Assembly (NCBI GenBank): GCA_046754465.1
Contig: JBHHVU010000023.1
Location: 1-45,790, forward strand
Origin: Nitrospinaceae bacterium
Lineage (GTDB): Bacteria; Nitrospinota; Nitrospinia; Nitrospinales; VA-1
Reading direction: 5' to 3'
Length of the DNA: 45,790 nt
Both the position numbers and the translations under genes were made by a program. The notes beneath the pieces were generated by a model. It ran no database searches. It was not told the origin of the DNA and saw nothing but the letters and a program-made list of their open reading frames with translations. This document shows, piece by piece, positions 36,916 to 45,790 of the stretch. Within the stretch, counting starts at the first letter, position 1, and each line of letters begins with the position of its first letter.

Positions 36916-39753
36916 ATGTTGAAGCAGTACAAATGGACAAGATGGCTGCATCCCGGTTTCACGGACGGGCCTCGCTCGAATGGCCCGTCCCCCGCAAAAG
37001 AGCTTATGGAACGGCGATACCCAAAAAAGAACTCTCAAAATAACGCGAAGCGGGAAAACCTGCTGGACCGGTTTTTTTCCCAGATCGAGAGCTTCGCGTA
37101 TACCTATTCCTTCTTTGTTATCTCCATATCCCTGGTGCTGGCGCTCCTTTCCATTTGGGTCACGGCGGAACGGCTCACCTTCAAAACGGGCAGGGGAGAT
37201 CTGGTTTCCAAGGACTTGCCCTATGTCCAGCGGCATGAAAAATTCCGCGAGGAATTTGAAAACTTCGAGGGAATGATCGTTGTGATCGAGGGCGAAGACC
37301 CGGTCCAGAAGAAAAATTTTGTCGAGTCCCTGGTTCAGAGGATCAAATCCCATCCCGCAGTCTTTTCCGACGTGTTTTACAAAATCGACACATCGTATTT
37401 TAAGGACAAGGCCTTGCTTTACCTGGACCAGACGGAATTGGCCGATCTCGGGAAAAAAATCCAAGAAAACCAGGATTTGCTGAAACAGGTCAATGCCTCG
37501 CCGGGATTGAACCAGCTAATGAAAAGTATCAATTCCAGGATCAGTTCCGGGATGGTAGATGCGCTCCTGACGGATTTCCTGGGCACGTCGGAGGAGGATA
37601 ATAATGAGGAAACGGATCTGGGTCTGCTGGTTGCCCTGGTGAAACAAATGGTCCTTTATCTGGGGGAACGGCCGCACTATGTCTCCCCTTGGGGTTCCAT
37701 GTTTTCTCAACAAGGGCGCGGTCCCCTGATCGAGGAGGGGTACCTCGTTTCCGGGAAAAATGGTTTGTTGTTTATTCTGGTCACCCCCAAGGAAGACAAG
37801 TCCGTTTTCACCAAGTATAAGGAGTCGGTACAATTCGCCCGCAAGTTGGTCGCAGAAACCAAGGTAGAGTTTCCCGGCATCCGGGTGGGGATCACCGGGG
37901 AGGATGTCATCGCCTCCGACGAAATGGTGACGACGCAAAGCGATATCCAGAAAGCCACTCTAATCGCCCTGGCGGGTGTTTCCCTCCTGTTCATCCTGGC
38001 CTTCCGGGGGATCATCAAACCGTTGATGGCGGTGTTCTGTTTGCTGGTGGCTCTTTGCTGGTCGATGGGATTCACCACATTGACCGTGGGAAACCTGAAT
38101 ATTCTATCCGTGGTATTTACCACCATCCTGATCGGGTTGGGCATCGATTTCGGGATCCACATTCTAGAGAGATACAAGGAGGAGCGAATCGCGGGAAAGG
38201 ATATACTTTCCGCGTTGCAGAAAACCGTCAAGGGAACCGGCCGGGGAAATTTTGCCGGGGCGATCACCACCGCCATGGCCTTCGGCGCCATGACGTTTAC
38301 CGACTTCGTCGGTATCGCCGAGTTGGGCTGGATCGCCGCCGGCGGGATCCTGCTCTGCATGTTCGCGATGACCCTCTTGCTGCCAGCATTGCTCGCCGTG
38401 GAGGAAAAATGGCGTCGAACGGATTACAATCATTCGCTGAAAATTCCCGAAAGGAAAAACTGGCCGGATCGTTTGTACAGCCACTATTACACCCTCATAG
38501 CGGTTTCCCTGGTCTTCGTGGCTCTGGCGGCGTTCTCCCTCAGGCATGTCCGGTTCGATTACAACCTCCTCAACCTGCAGTCGAGGAATACCGAAGCGGT
38601 GAAATACGAACTGAAAATACTCCAGGACGCCAAACGGTCCGCCTGGTCGGCCAACATGGTGGCGGATACGGTGGAGGAAGCCCGGAAAAAACAGCGGGCG
38701 GCCGAGGCCTTGTCCACCGTCGGCGAGGTGGAAAGTATCGTTTCCGTGATGCCCGGTGATCAGGAAGAAAAAATAAAATATATCCGAACCCTGTCCCCCC
38801 TTCTGAAGACCCTCCAGGTGGTTCCGGAAGACGAGCCGGTGGTCTTGAAACCGCTCCTCCAAACCATGAAAAGGATCCGTTTTAAACTGCAGGGCCGGGA
38901 AAATAAAGACGGCGCCACCAATACCGTTCAGGAAGCCGGACGTTGGGTGCAACGGTTTCTGGATGAAGCGCGGCGGATCGAACCGGGCACCGCGCAACAA
39001 AGGCTGGCGGTTTTTTCCCGGGTCTTGTTCGTGGATTACAGGGAAAAAATTGCCGATCTTAGAAAAAACGCCGACCCCACGTCGGTTCAGGTCAACCAAC
39101 TGCCGGAGGAACTCAGGAAGAGGTTCATCAGTAAAAAGGGGCGCTACCTGATCACCATTTTCCCCGGGGTGGATATCTGGGATATCGACCAGAGAGAAAA
39201 ATTCCTGCGGCAATTGCGGACGGTCGACCCCAATGTCGTCGGGAACGCCGTTCATATGTTCGAATCGAGCCGGTTGATGCTGGAAGGGTATATCCACGGC
39301 GGAATTTATGCCTTGGGGGCCATTGTCATTTTTGTTCTCTTGACTTTTAAGACCCTAAAAACCGTCTTCTTGATCTTTCTTCCCGTGGTCGTGGGTTCTA
39401 TTTGGACCATAGGGATCATGGACCTGCTTGGGGTCCGCTTCAATCTGGCCAACCTCGTTATTTTGCCTCTCATTCTCGGTATCGGGGTGGTGAACGGTAT
39501 CCACATCATCCACCGGTACCGCGAGGAGACGGATAAAAAAACCACCGTGCTTTCCAAGAGCACCGGGAAAGCCGTGATCCTCAGTTCCCTGACCACCATG
39601 ATCGGTTTCGGAAGCATGATGATTGCCGATCATCAGGGCATATACAGTCTCGGGCTGGTTTTGACCGTGGGTGTCGGCAGTTGCCTGGTGGCTTCCGTCA
39701 CCTTCCTTCCCGCCATATTGAAGCTATCGACCATCAAGGGATGGAAAGTTTGA
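36916..39753 (+). CDS. MMPL/RND transporter, HpnN-like (hopanoid-associated)
   Basis: Two TM bundles with LIGLGIDFGIH and ILGIGV.NGIH, FDYNLLNLQ, and SSLTTMIGFGS. The start may be ATG 37006. Confidence 0.88.
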   Translation: MLKQYKWTRWLHPGFTDGPRSNGPSPAKELMERRYPKKNSQNNAKRENLLDRFFSQIESFAYTYSFFVISISLVLALLSIWVTAERLTFKTGRGDLVSKDLPYVQRHEKFREEFENFEGMIVVIEGEDPVQKKNFVESLVQRIKSHPAVFSDVFYKIDTSYFKDKALLYLDQTELADLGKKIQENQDLLKQVNASPGLNQLMKSINSRISSGMVDALLTDFLGTSEEDNNEETDLGLLVALVKQMVLYLGERPHYVSPWGSMFSQQGRGPLIEEGYLVSGKNGLLFILVTPKEDKSVFTKYKESVQFARKLVAETKVEFPGIRVGITGEDVIASDEMVTTQSDIQKATLIALAGVSLLFILAFRGIIKPLMAVFCLLVALCWSMGFTTLTVGNLNILSVVFTTILIGLGIDFGIHILERYKEERIAGKDILSALQKTVKGTGRGNFAGAITTAMAFGAMTFTDFVGIAELGWIAAGGILLCMFAMTLLLPALLAVEEKWRRTDYNHSLKIPERKNWPDRLYSHYYTLIAVSLVFVALAAFSLRHVRFDYNLLNLQSRNTEAVKYELKILQDAKRSAWSANMVADTVEEARKKQRAAEALSTVGEVESIVSVMPGDQEEKIKYIRTLSPLLKTLQVVPEDEPVVLKPLLQTMKRIRFKLQGRENKDGATNTVQEAGRWVQRFLDEARRIEPGTAQQRLAVFSRVLFVDYREKIADLRKNADPTSVQVNQLPEELRKRFISKKGRYLITIFPGVDIWDIDQREKFLRQLRTVDPNVVGNAVHMFESSRLMLEGYIHGGIYALGAIVIFVLLTFKTLKTVFLIFLPVVVGSIWTIGIMDLLGVRFNLANLVILPLILGIGVVNGIHIIHRYREETDKKTTVLSKSTGKAVILSSLTTMIGFGSMMIADHQGIYSLGLVLTVGVGSCLVASVTFLPAILKLSTIKGWKV

Positions 39754-39813
39754 GAAAAAACCGCAGGAAGGGATGCGGGGATTCGTTCGAGGGCGGAATC
39801 GCTGGACAGAAGG

Positions 39814-41046
39814 TTAGGTCAACTCCTTCAGGAAGTTGAGGACCCGGCGCCCCAAACCCGGCCGTTGCCCTTTTCCCGGGCCGCGCCGGGCCAGAACGTG
39901 GTAGGCTTGCAGTTCGTCCCTTAAAAACGAGTGGTACCCTCCCCAAAGAAAAATCCGGAAGCCGCGGTAAAACTCTTCCCCCCATCGTTCCACCACCCGG
40001 TCCTTGTGTGCGTCCAGGTTCCGTGCCCAATGCCACATGGTCCGTTCATAATCATGACTTTCGTTCCGGACCTCGAGCAGATCCATTCCGTGGAACAGCA
40101 GTTCCTGGATGAGGTTCTGGAGGCACATGAAGGTATGAACTCCCGGCCAGATATATTGGGCAATGAACAGGGATTTGTCGTATTTTTCCTTGGTCGCCGA
40201 GCCATCCAGGTAAAACCTTCCCCCGGGCTTCAGGCAATCCCACACCTTTTGAAAAAAAAGCTGGTATTGGGGAATGTGCTCGATCACCCCGAAATTGATG
40301 ATCGCGTCATAGGGTTTCTCCGGTTGGTGGACCAGGAAATCCTCCAAGTGGACCTCGCAGGGCAGGTTCTTCTTTTGGATCAGATTGTGGATATAATCGT
40401 GGGAATCCTTGGAGAGGGTCAATGCCGTCACCCGGACGCCCCGGCTCCCGGCATAGTCGACGATTCCGCCCCAACCCGCGCCAATGTCCAGCAGATGTTG
40501 CCCGGGCTCCAGCCTTAGGGATTCATACGCATACCGCATTTTGTTTTCGCTGGCCTGTTCCAGGCTGGCGGAATCGGACGGAAACAGGGCGTGGGAATAA
40601 AGATGGTAACGGGAATCCAGGAAGGTCAGATAAAATTCCGTTCCATGGCCATAATGGCTCTCGATAATTTTACGGTTGGATCGCATGGGGTTCCAACTCA
40701 GCAACGATTTCCAGAAGAGGATCCATTCCGCGAGGCGGCTCTTCTGGAGCCGGAACCGGAGGTCCAACAGCCGGGGAAAGTCGCCTTCGATATCGATTTC
40801 CCGTTTGATATATCCCCGGCAAAATGAGTAATCATCAAGAATCCGGTTTTGCTGGGCGGGGTTGTGGAAAGTGACGCGGAAGGAGGGGCTGCCGTTGCCA
40901 AAATGCAGGACCGCGCGCGAGGGCAAAATGAATTCGCAGGGTACGCTTGTCCCTTCAACCAGCTTCTGAAGACAGCGGGACAATTTATCGGCTGGATGCT
41001 CGATAACGCCATGGGATGAATCGCCTTTTATCACCTGTTCGCCCAT
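39814..41046 (-). CDS. cfa: Cyclopropane-fatty-acyl-phospholipid synthase family methyltransferase
   Basis: IESHY, YSHALF, LEQA..NK, LLDIGAGWGG, IEHI, FIAQYIWPG and YERTMWHW. Confidence 0.85.
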   Translation of the reverse strand: MGEQVIKGDSSHGVIEHPADKLSRCLQKLVEGTSVPCEFILPSRAVLHFGNGSPSFRVTFHNPAQQNRILDDYSFCRGYIKREIDIEGDFPRLLDLRFRLQKSRLAEWILFWKSLLSWNPMRSNRKIIESHYGHGTEFYLTFLDSRYHLYSHALFPSDSASLEQASENKMRYAYESLRLEPGQHLLDIGAGWGGIVDYAGSRGVRVTALTLSKDSHDYIHNLIQKKNLPCEVHLEDFLVHQPEKPYDAIINFGVIEHIPQYQLFFQKVWDCLKPGGRFYLDGSATKEKYDKSLFIAQYIWPGVHTFMCLQNLIQELLFHGMDLLEVRNESHDYERTMWHWARNLDAHKDRVVERWGEEFYRGFRIFLWGGYHSFLRDELQAYHVLARRGPGKGQRPGLGRRVLNFLKELT

Positions 41047-41173
41047 GGTGGCTTTTGAGAAAAAGGGACGTTATATTTTATATCATAAAAACCCCAACCG
41101 GATGGGTCCTGGACCTGACACGCCAAGGGAAACGGACCCAAACCGTGGTTTGCCGATGTAAACCGTTATGTAC

Positions 41174-41226
41174 CGAATGAAACGAATGAAACGAATGAAA
41201 CGAATGAAACGAATGAAACGAATGAA
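41174..41226. repeat. 9-bp tandem repeat (CGAATGAAA) x5.9
   Basis: Five perfect units plus 8 of 9 bases of a sixth, in the divergent cfa/nfo intergenic region. Confidence 0.97.
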
Positions 41227-41322
41227 TATTCGGTTTCGCAAAACTATTGTATATTGGAAACATACCACTTTGAATCTTAAATGTCGATGATCATTATACC
41301 GGGAAACCGCGAAAGGGGGACC

Positions 41323-42174
41323 ATGAATATTCCGCCCAGGATCGGAGCCCATGTATCCATTTCCGGAGGGTTGTATAAAAGTATAGAAAACGCGGAAGCG
41401 ATCCGCGCGGAAACTTTTCAGATTTTCGGCGCTTCCGCGCGCACCTGGGAACCCAAATTTCCCGCACCCGCCGCGGTGGACCAGTTCAAAACTGCGCTCA
41501 AAAAAAGCGGCATCGGGCCCGTATTCCTCCATGCCCCCTATCTGATCAATCTGGCAAGTGCCGACCCGGTGCTCTGGGAAAAGTCGGTCCATAATCTGAC
41601 CCTGCATTTGAATATCACAAGGTTGCTGGGAGTGGATGGACTCGTGGTCCATGTCGGTTCCGGAAAAGGGATGCCCCGGGATTCCGCGATTTCGAAGGTG
41701 GTTCTGGGGATCAAAAAGGTGTTCCGGAATGTCCCGGGAACCACGCGGTTGGTCATCGAAAACGCCGCCGGTGTGAATAAAATCGGCTCCCGTCCGGAAG
41801 ACTGGAGCGCGATTCTCAAGCGGGTGAAATCTAAACGGCTCAAAATCTGTTTCGATACTGCGCATGCCTTCGAGGCGGGGTGGATCGAGACTTACCAGCC
41901 GGACCCCATAAAAGCCTTCTTCGATCGGTTGGACGAAGAGGTGGGAACGGAACATCTGGTGCTGGTGCATGCCAATGATTCGAAGACACCCTTCAATTCG
42001 CACCACGACCGGCACGAAAATATCGGGATGGGCTATATCGGATTGCCGGGCTTCAAAAACCTGGCCCGGGAAAAGCGGGTGAACCGGGTCCCCTGGATTC
42101 TGGAAGTGCCCGGCTTTGACGGGGAAGGGCCAGACAAGAAAAACATTGAATGTTTGCGGGCCTGTTTTCAATAG
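41323..42174 (+). CDS. nfo: Endonuclease IV
   Basis: IGAHVSISGG, HAPYLINLAS, VVHVG, IENAAG, CFDTAH, HANDSK and DRHENIG.G.IG. Confidence 0.95.
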   Translation: MNIPPRIGAHVSISGGLYKSIENAEAIRAETFQIFGASARTWEPKFPAPAAVDQFKTALKKSGIGPVFLHAPYLINLASADPVLWEKSVHNLTLHLNITRLLGVDGLVVHVGSGKGMPRDSAISKVVLGIKKVFRNVPGTTRLVIENAAGVNKIGSRPEDWSAILKRVKSKRLKICFDTAHAFEAGWIETYQPDPIKAFFDRLDEEVGTEHLVLVHANDSKTPFNSHHDRHENIGMGYIGLPGFKNLAREKRVNRVPWILEVPGFDGEGPDKKNIECLRACFQ

Positions 42175-42322
42175 AGCGGGAGAAAAACCCTGGTGACCCT
42201 TGAGGAGGACGGACCCAGCCACCGGCCCGCCGGGGAGGGGGAAAGGAATTCTCCGCCCCAAAGGCATTTTTTTTGTTAGAATTCCTTATCCCCATGCCAA
42301 TACTCCCAGAGAATCACGCGCC

Positions 42323-44755
42323 ATGAGTGAAACGAAAGAAAAAGAGGAAAAGAAAGTTAAGGTGTCTCCCCTGGAATGGGAAGAAATACTCCAGGCCAAT
42401 CGGGATTGGCAACTCAATCCGCAATCCGCTAAAAAACCCGATTTCAGCAATTACGATCTCCGGGACGCGGACCTTTCCGGTCAGAATTTTTACGGGACCC
42501 GTTTTGCCGGTGCGGATTTGTCCGGAGCCAATCTCACCCACACCGATCTCACGGGAGCCGGTTTCAAGGGGGCGAGCCTCAAGGGAGCCGATCTCACCGG
42601 GGCCGTTTTGAAAGATGCCGATTTCTCGGATGCGAATCTGGAAGGGGCTGTTTTTGGGAAAACCGGTTTTGAGGGGGTCCGGTTTTCAAGGGCGAATTTG
42701 ACACGGGCCCATCTTGAATTTGCTGATCTTTCTGGCATCCATCTTTCCAAGGCGGTTATGGAAGAGGCCAACCTTCAGGGCGCCAAACTCATCCAATCCG
42801 ATCTGGCAGGGGCCACGCTCCTCAGGGCCCGCGTCGATAATGCCGATTTGACGGAAGCCAACCTGTCCCGGGCTAACCTCGACCACGCCAATTTAACGCA
42901 ATGCAAACTGGTCCGCGCGAATTTGCAGGAAGCGAAACTCACCAAAACCGTCCTCCAACACGCGGATTTCCAGGATGCCATTCTTTCGGGAGCCGACCTC
43001 ACGCGGGCCGATCTCGGATTCGCCAGTTTGAAGAAGGCCAAACTGAACTATTCCCGTTTGCAGGGCGCCGGTTTGACCGCGGCGGATTTTCTTGAAGCCG
43101 ACCTGACAGGGGCCTCCCTCGCCGATTGCAGGCTGGATGCCGCGAACTTTACCCGCTGCCGGTTGGTGGAGGGGGATCTTTCCCGGGCCCAGTCGGACCC
43201 CCGCGCCCAGGGTCAAATCCGGTTCAAAAAGGCCGACCTGACCGATGCCGTTCTCACCGGGGCCAATCTGACAGGGGCCGACCTGACGCAGGCGAACTTC
43301 CAGAACGCTACTATGATCCGGACGAATTTGAGCGGAACGATCACGGCGGGTATGAACCTGGGCGGGACGGATGTCACCAACGCGGAACTGCCCGAGGAGA
43401 TCAAACGATTCGACGGGCTCCAGAACATCACGGACGCTTCCGCCATTGGCCGCAAACTGTATGGCTGGTTGTTGGCCGCGCTGGCCTTTTCCGGTCTGAC
43501 CATAGCCTCTACCCACGACATCCAACTGTTGACCAACGCCACCACCTCTCCCCTGCCGGTGATTCAAACCCCCTTTCCCATCGCCGGATTTTATTTCGTT
43601 GCCCCGGTTGTGTTGTTCGCGATATTTATTTATTTCCATCTGCAATTGCAGCATCAATGGCGGCTCATTTCCAAACTTCCCTCGGTTTTCCCGGACGGAA
43701 CGCCGCTGGACGAGAAAATCTTTCCGTGGCTGCTCAACACCTGGGTGCGAAACCTTTCCCGCCGGAAAACCCGGAGCGGGTGGAGCGCCTGGGTGAAGAA
43801 CGTGTTCAGCATGGAGAAGGCTCTTCATTTAGTTAAAAACCTTCTCGTGGTGGCCATGGCCTGGTACGCCACGCCTGTTTTGATGACTGCTATCTGGGCC
43901 CGTTATTTGAGCCGGCACGACTGGCTTGGTACCCGGCTTCAGATTATTCTGATGGCCCTTGCCTTCCTTGCCGCGATCTTACTTCATTTTTTCGCGCGTC
44001 AAACCCTGCGCAACAAACCCATGCCCTTTTTCAGGGTCACCTTCCTCTCCGCCCTGGTGGTGGTCCCGATTTTGACATTTTCATCCAGCTTTTCCTTTAA
44101 AGCCATCCAGGGGGATCTCCGGAAGAGCTACCTGGAAATCCGGTTTGTTCCCTGGGAGATCAAGGCGCTCCAACTGAATTCCCTGGTGGAACTGCCCACT
44201 CATGACCGTCTGGACCAGAGAATCACCCATTGGCTGACGGCGAATTTTTCGGAGCAGAATGTATCGTTCAAACCCGATAATTACGATCCAGACAACCCCG
44301 ATCACCTCAAGTGGGTGAGAGGGGCGCCACTCAATAACGCCAACCTGAATTATGCCCATGCCCGGGTCGCCTTTTTAACGAACGCAAAGCTTTCCCGCGC
44401 CTCGCTTGTGGGCGCCAACCTGTACCAATCGCAGCTGCAGGCGGCGATTTTGACCGGGGCCGATCTCACGGGCGCGGACCTCCGGTTCGCTGACTTGGCC
44501 AACGCCGATTTGACCAATGCCGACCTGACCGGGGCCGACCTCCGGGAGGCGCGGCTGACCGGGGCCAATTTGACCGGCGTCAAATTCACCGATGCCGATT
44601 TGGCCAATGCGGATATTTCCAATACCGTTTTCTTCGAGGTGACGGATCTGACAACCGATCAGGTCAAATCGGCTTCCCACTGGCGGGAAGGGATCTATGA
44701 AAAACCCATGCAGATCCGCCTCGGAACATTTTTTACCGATTCACGGAAAAATTAA
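42323..44755 (+). CDS. Pentapeptide-repeat integral membrane protein
   Basis: Long A(D/N)Lxx repeat tracts at both termini flanking about 5 hydrophobic segments; ATG 42323 preferred. Confidence 0.9.
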   Translation: MSETKEKEEKKVKVSPLEWEEILQANRDWQLNPQSAKKPDFSNYDLRDADLSGQNFYGTRFAGADLSGANLTHTDLTGAGFKGASLKGADLTGAVLKDADFSDANLEGAVFGKTGFEGVRFSRANLTRAHLEFADLSGIHLSKAVMEEANLQGAKLIQSDLAGATLLRARVDNADLTEANLSRANLDHANLTQCKLVRANLQEAKLTKTVLQHADFQDAILSGADLTRADLGFASLKKAKLNYSRLQGAGLTAADFLEADLTGASLADCRLDAANFTRCRLVEGDLSRAQSDPRAQGQIRFKKADLTDAVLTGANLTGADLTQANFQNATMIRTNLSGTITAGMNLGGTDVTNAELPEEIKRFDGLQNITDASAIGRKLYGWLLAALAFSGLTIASTHDIQLLTNATTSPLPVIQTPFPIAGFYFVAPVVLFAIFIYFHLQLQHQWRLISKLPSVFPDGTPLDEKIFPWLLNTWVRNLSRRKTRSGWSAWVKNVFSMEKALHLVKNLLVVAMAWYATPVLMTAIWARYLSRHDWLGTRLQIILMALAFLAAILLHFFARQTLRNKPMPFFRVTFLSALVVVPILTFSSSFSFKAIQGDLRKSYLEIRFVPWEIKALQLNSLVELPTHDRLDQRITHWLTANFSEQNVSFKPDNYDPDNPDHLKWVRGAPLNNANLNYAHARVAFLTNAKLSRASLVGANLYQSQLQAAILTGADLTGADLRFADLANADLTNADLTGADLREARLTGANLTGVKFTDADLANADISNTVFFEVTDLTTDQVKSASHWREGIYEKPMQIRLGTFFTDSRKN

Positions 44756-45049
44756 GGGTTGCCCCGGTTGCCTGCCGCGAATACGCTCCGTGAATCCCTC
44801 TAATATTCTCCCCGGCCGGGGGGAGGGATGATGTGAAAAACCACCCGGATAAAAACCGCTGACCCGGTGGGGCGCGCCCGCCGGGAATTCACTCTTTTCT
44901 GTCCGGTATTTTTAAAAATTGTCTTTTGAGTTGAAAATTTGTAGGGTTTCGGCAAATTGCCCGACTCTATATAAATAGGATCCGTGGTTTTCCCCACACG
45001 CGCTGTCTGCCCTTCGAAGGCCAAAAGATAAATTCAGAAAGGATTCAAA

Positions 45050-45790
45050 TTGAAAAAAATCAACTGCTCGGAAATTTGGGGGGGGAATCAGAGGGTGGAT
45101 ACCGATGTGTGCTCCGCTTCCCTGACGGCCAGCCTGTTCTCTAGCGTCGTGGGTGGAGGAAAGGGCGGGGATATCTACTATTTCAGCGTCTGCGGAAAGG
45201 ACCGCTTGACCCGCGTCGCGGTGGCGGATGTGGTGGGCCACGGCGAGGCGGTGAGCAAAATGAGCCAACGGCTGTATGACAGCCTCGCAAAGTTCATGAA
45301 CGGGTTGGATGGAAGCCAAATTCTTCAGCGCCTGAATAAATTGGCCGGAAAAAACGGCCATGGGGCGATCACCACGGCGGTTATCCTGACATACAATGCA
45401 GAGGATTCCAGGATGTATTACTCTTACGCGGGACATCCTCCCATTCTGATTTGCCGGAAGGGAGAAAAGATCTGGCGACCGATCCCCTTGCCCAAGGATT
45501 CCCCGTCAGGCAATTTGCCCCTCGGGGTACTCAATGACACCCCCTATGATGAACAGAGCCTGGAACTGGGACCCGGTGACCGGCTGTTTTCGTACACGGA
45601 TGGGGTGATCGAGGCTCCCCGCGCCCCCGGCCAATTATTTGGCATGGACGGACTTTTAAAGGTATTGAACCAAAATGCCGCCAGCCGCCTCGTTCTTTTG
45701 AAACAGAAAATCCTCGATTCTCTTTATGATTTTACCAGGGGTTCTTTTAAACACGACGACGTGACCTTCCTTGTGATGGAGATCAATTAA
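45050..45790 (+). CDS. Stand-alone PP2C/SpoIIE-family phosphatase
   Basis: GGDIYY, VADVVGHG, AGHPP, YTDGVIEA and DDVT; TTG start; stop at the window end. Confidence 0.92.
   Translation: MKKINCSEIWGGNQRVDTDVCSASLTASLFSSVVGGGKGGDIYYFSVCGKDRLTRVAVADVVGHGEAVSKMSQRLYDSLAKFMNGLDGSQILQRLNKLAGKNGHGAITTAVILTYNAEDSRMYYSYAGHPPILICRKGEKIWRPIPLPKDSPSGNLPLGVLNDTPYDEQSLELGPGDRLFSYTDGVIEAPRAPGQLFGMDGLLKVLNQNAASRLVLLKQKILDSLYDFTRGSFKHDDVTFLVMEIN

Noticed and set aside
41174..41226. CRISPR array
   Set aside because: The 9-bp units are contiguous, with no spacers and no cas genes.

Overview
A bacterial chromosomal segment of moderately high GC, made up mostly of housekeeping genes. The gene content (DUF3365, a DUF6178-like protein, an HpnN-like MMPL transporter, a divergent GlnD) suggests a Nitrospinota or deltaproteobacteria-like organism; this is an inference, not a database result. 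Core genes are purB, purC, purH, orn, glnD-like, aroF, dnaN (no dnaA beside it), an SPL-like radical SAM enzyme, an M23 peptidase, mtgA, rlmI, pgeF, nadK, DUF151, an ECF sigma/zf-HC2 anti-sigma pair, tatA, pagL-like, MMPL/HpnN, cfa-like, nfo, a pentapeptide-repeat membrane protein and a stand-alone PP2C phosphatase. There are two accessory regions. The AT-rich left end holds a truncated DUF3365 gene and possible mobile-element scars. A lower-GC restriction-modification cassette (vsr, C5 methyltransferase, Eco29kI-family GIY-YIG nuclease) has its nuclease start disconnected by a frameshift in a T5 run. The most notable unexplained element is a ~400-460 nt stretch with no long ORF (36340-36800) between pagL-like and hpnN-like. 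It shows many nested helices behind an alternative-sigma-like promoter and is a candidate large structured RNA, or alternatively a decayed gene. Other items worth a look: an unannotated 59-aa ORF coupled to purH, a KKKAT-repeat histone-H1-like protein, an ArgZ-like amidinohydrolase, an output-less HAMP protein in an SH3/M48 operon, a long structured 5' leader, and a 9-bp tandem repeat between divergent genes. No rRNA, tRNA, CRISPR array or intact transposase was recognised.
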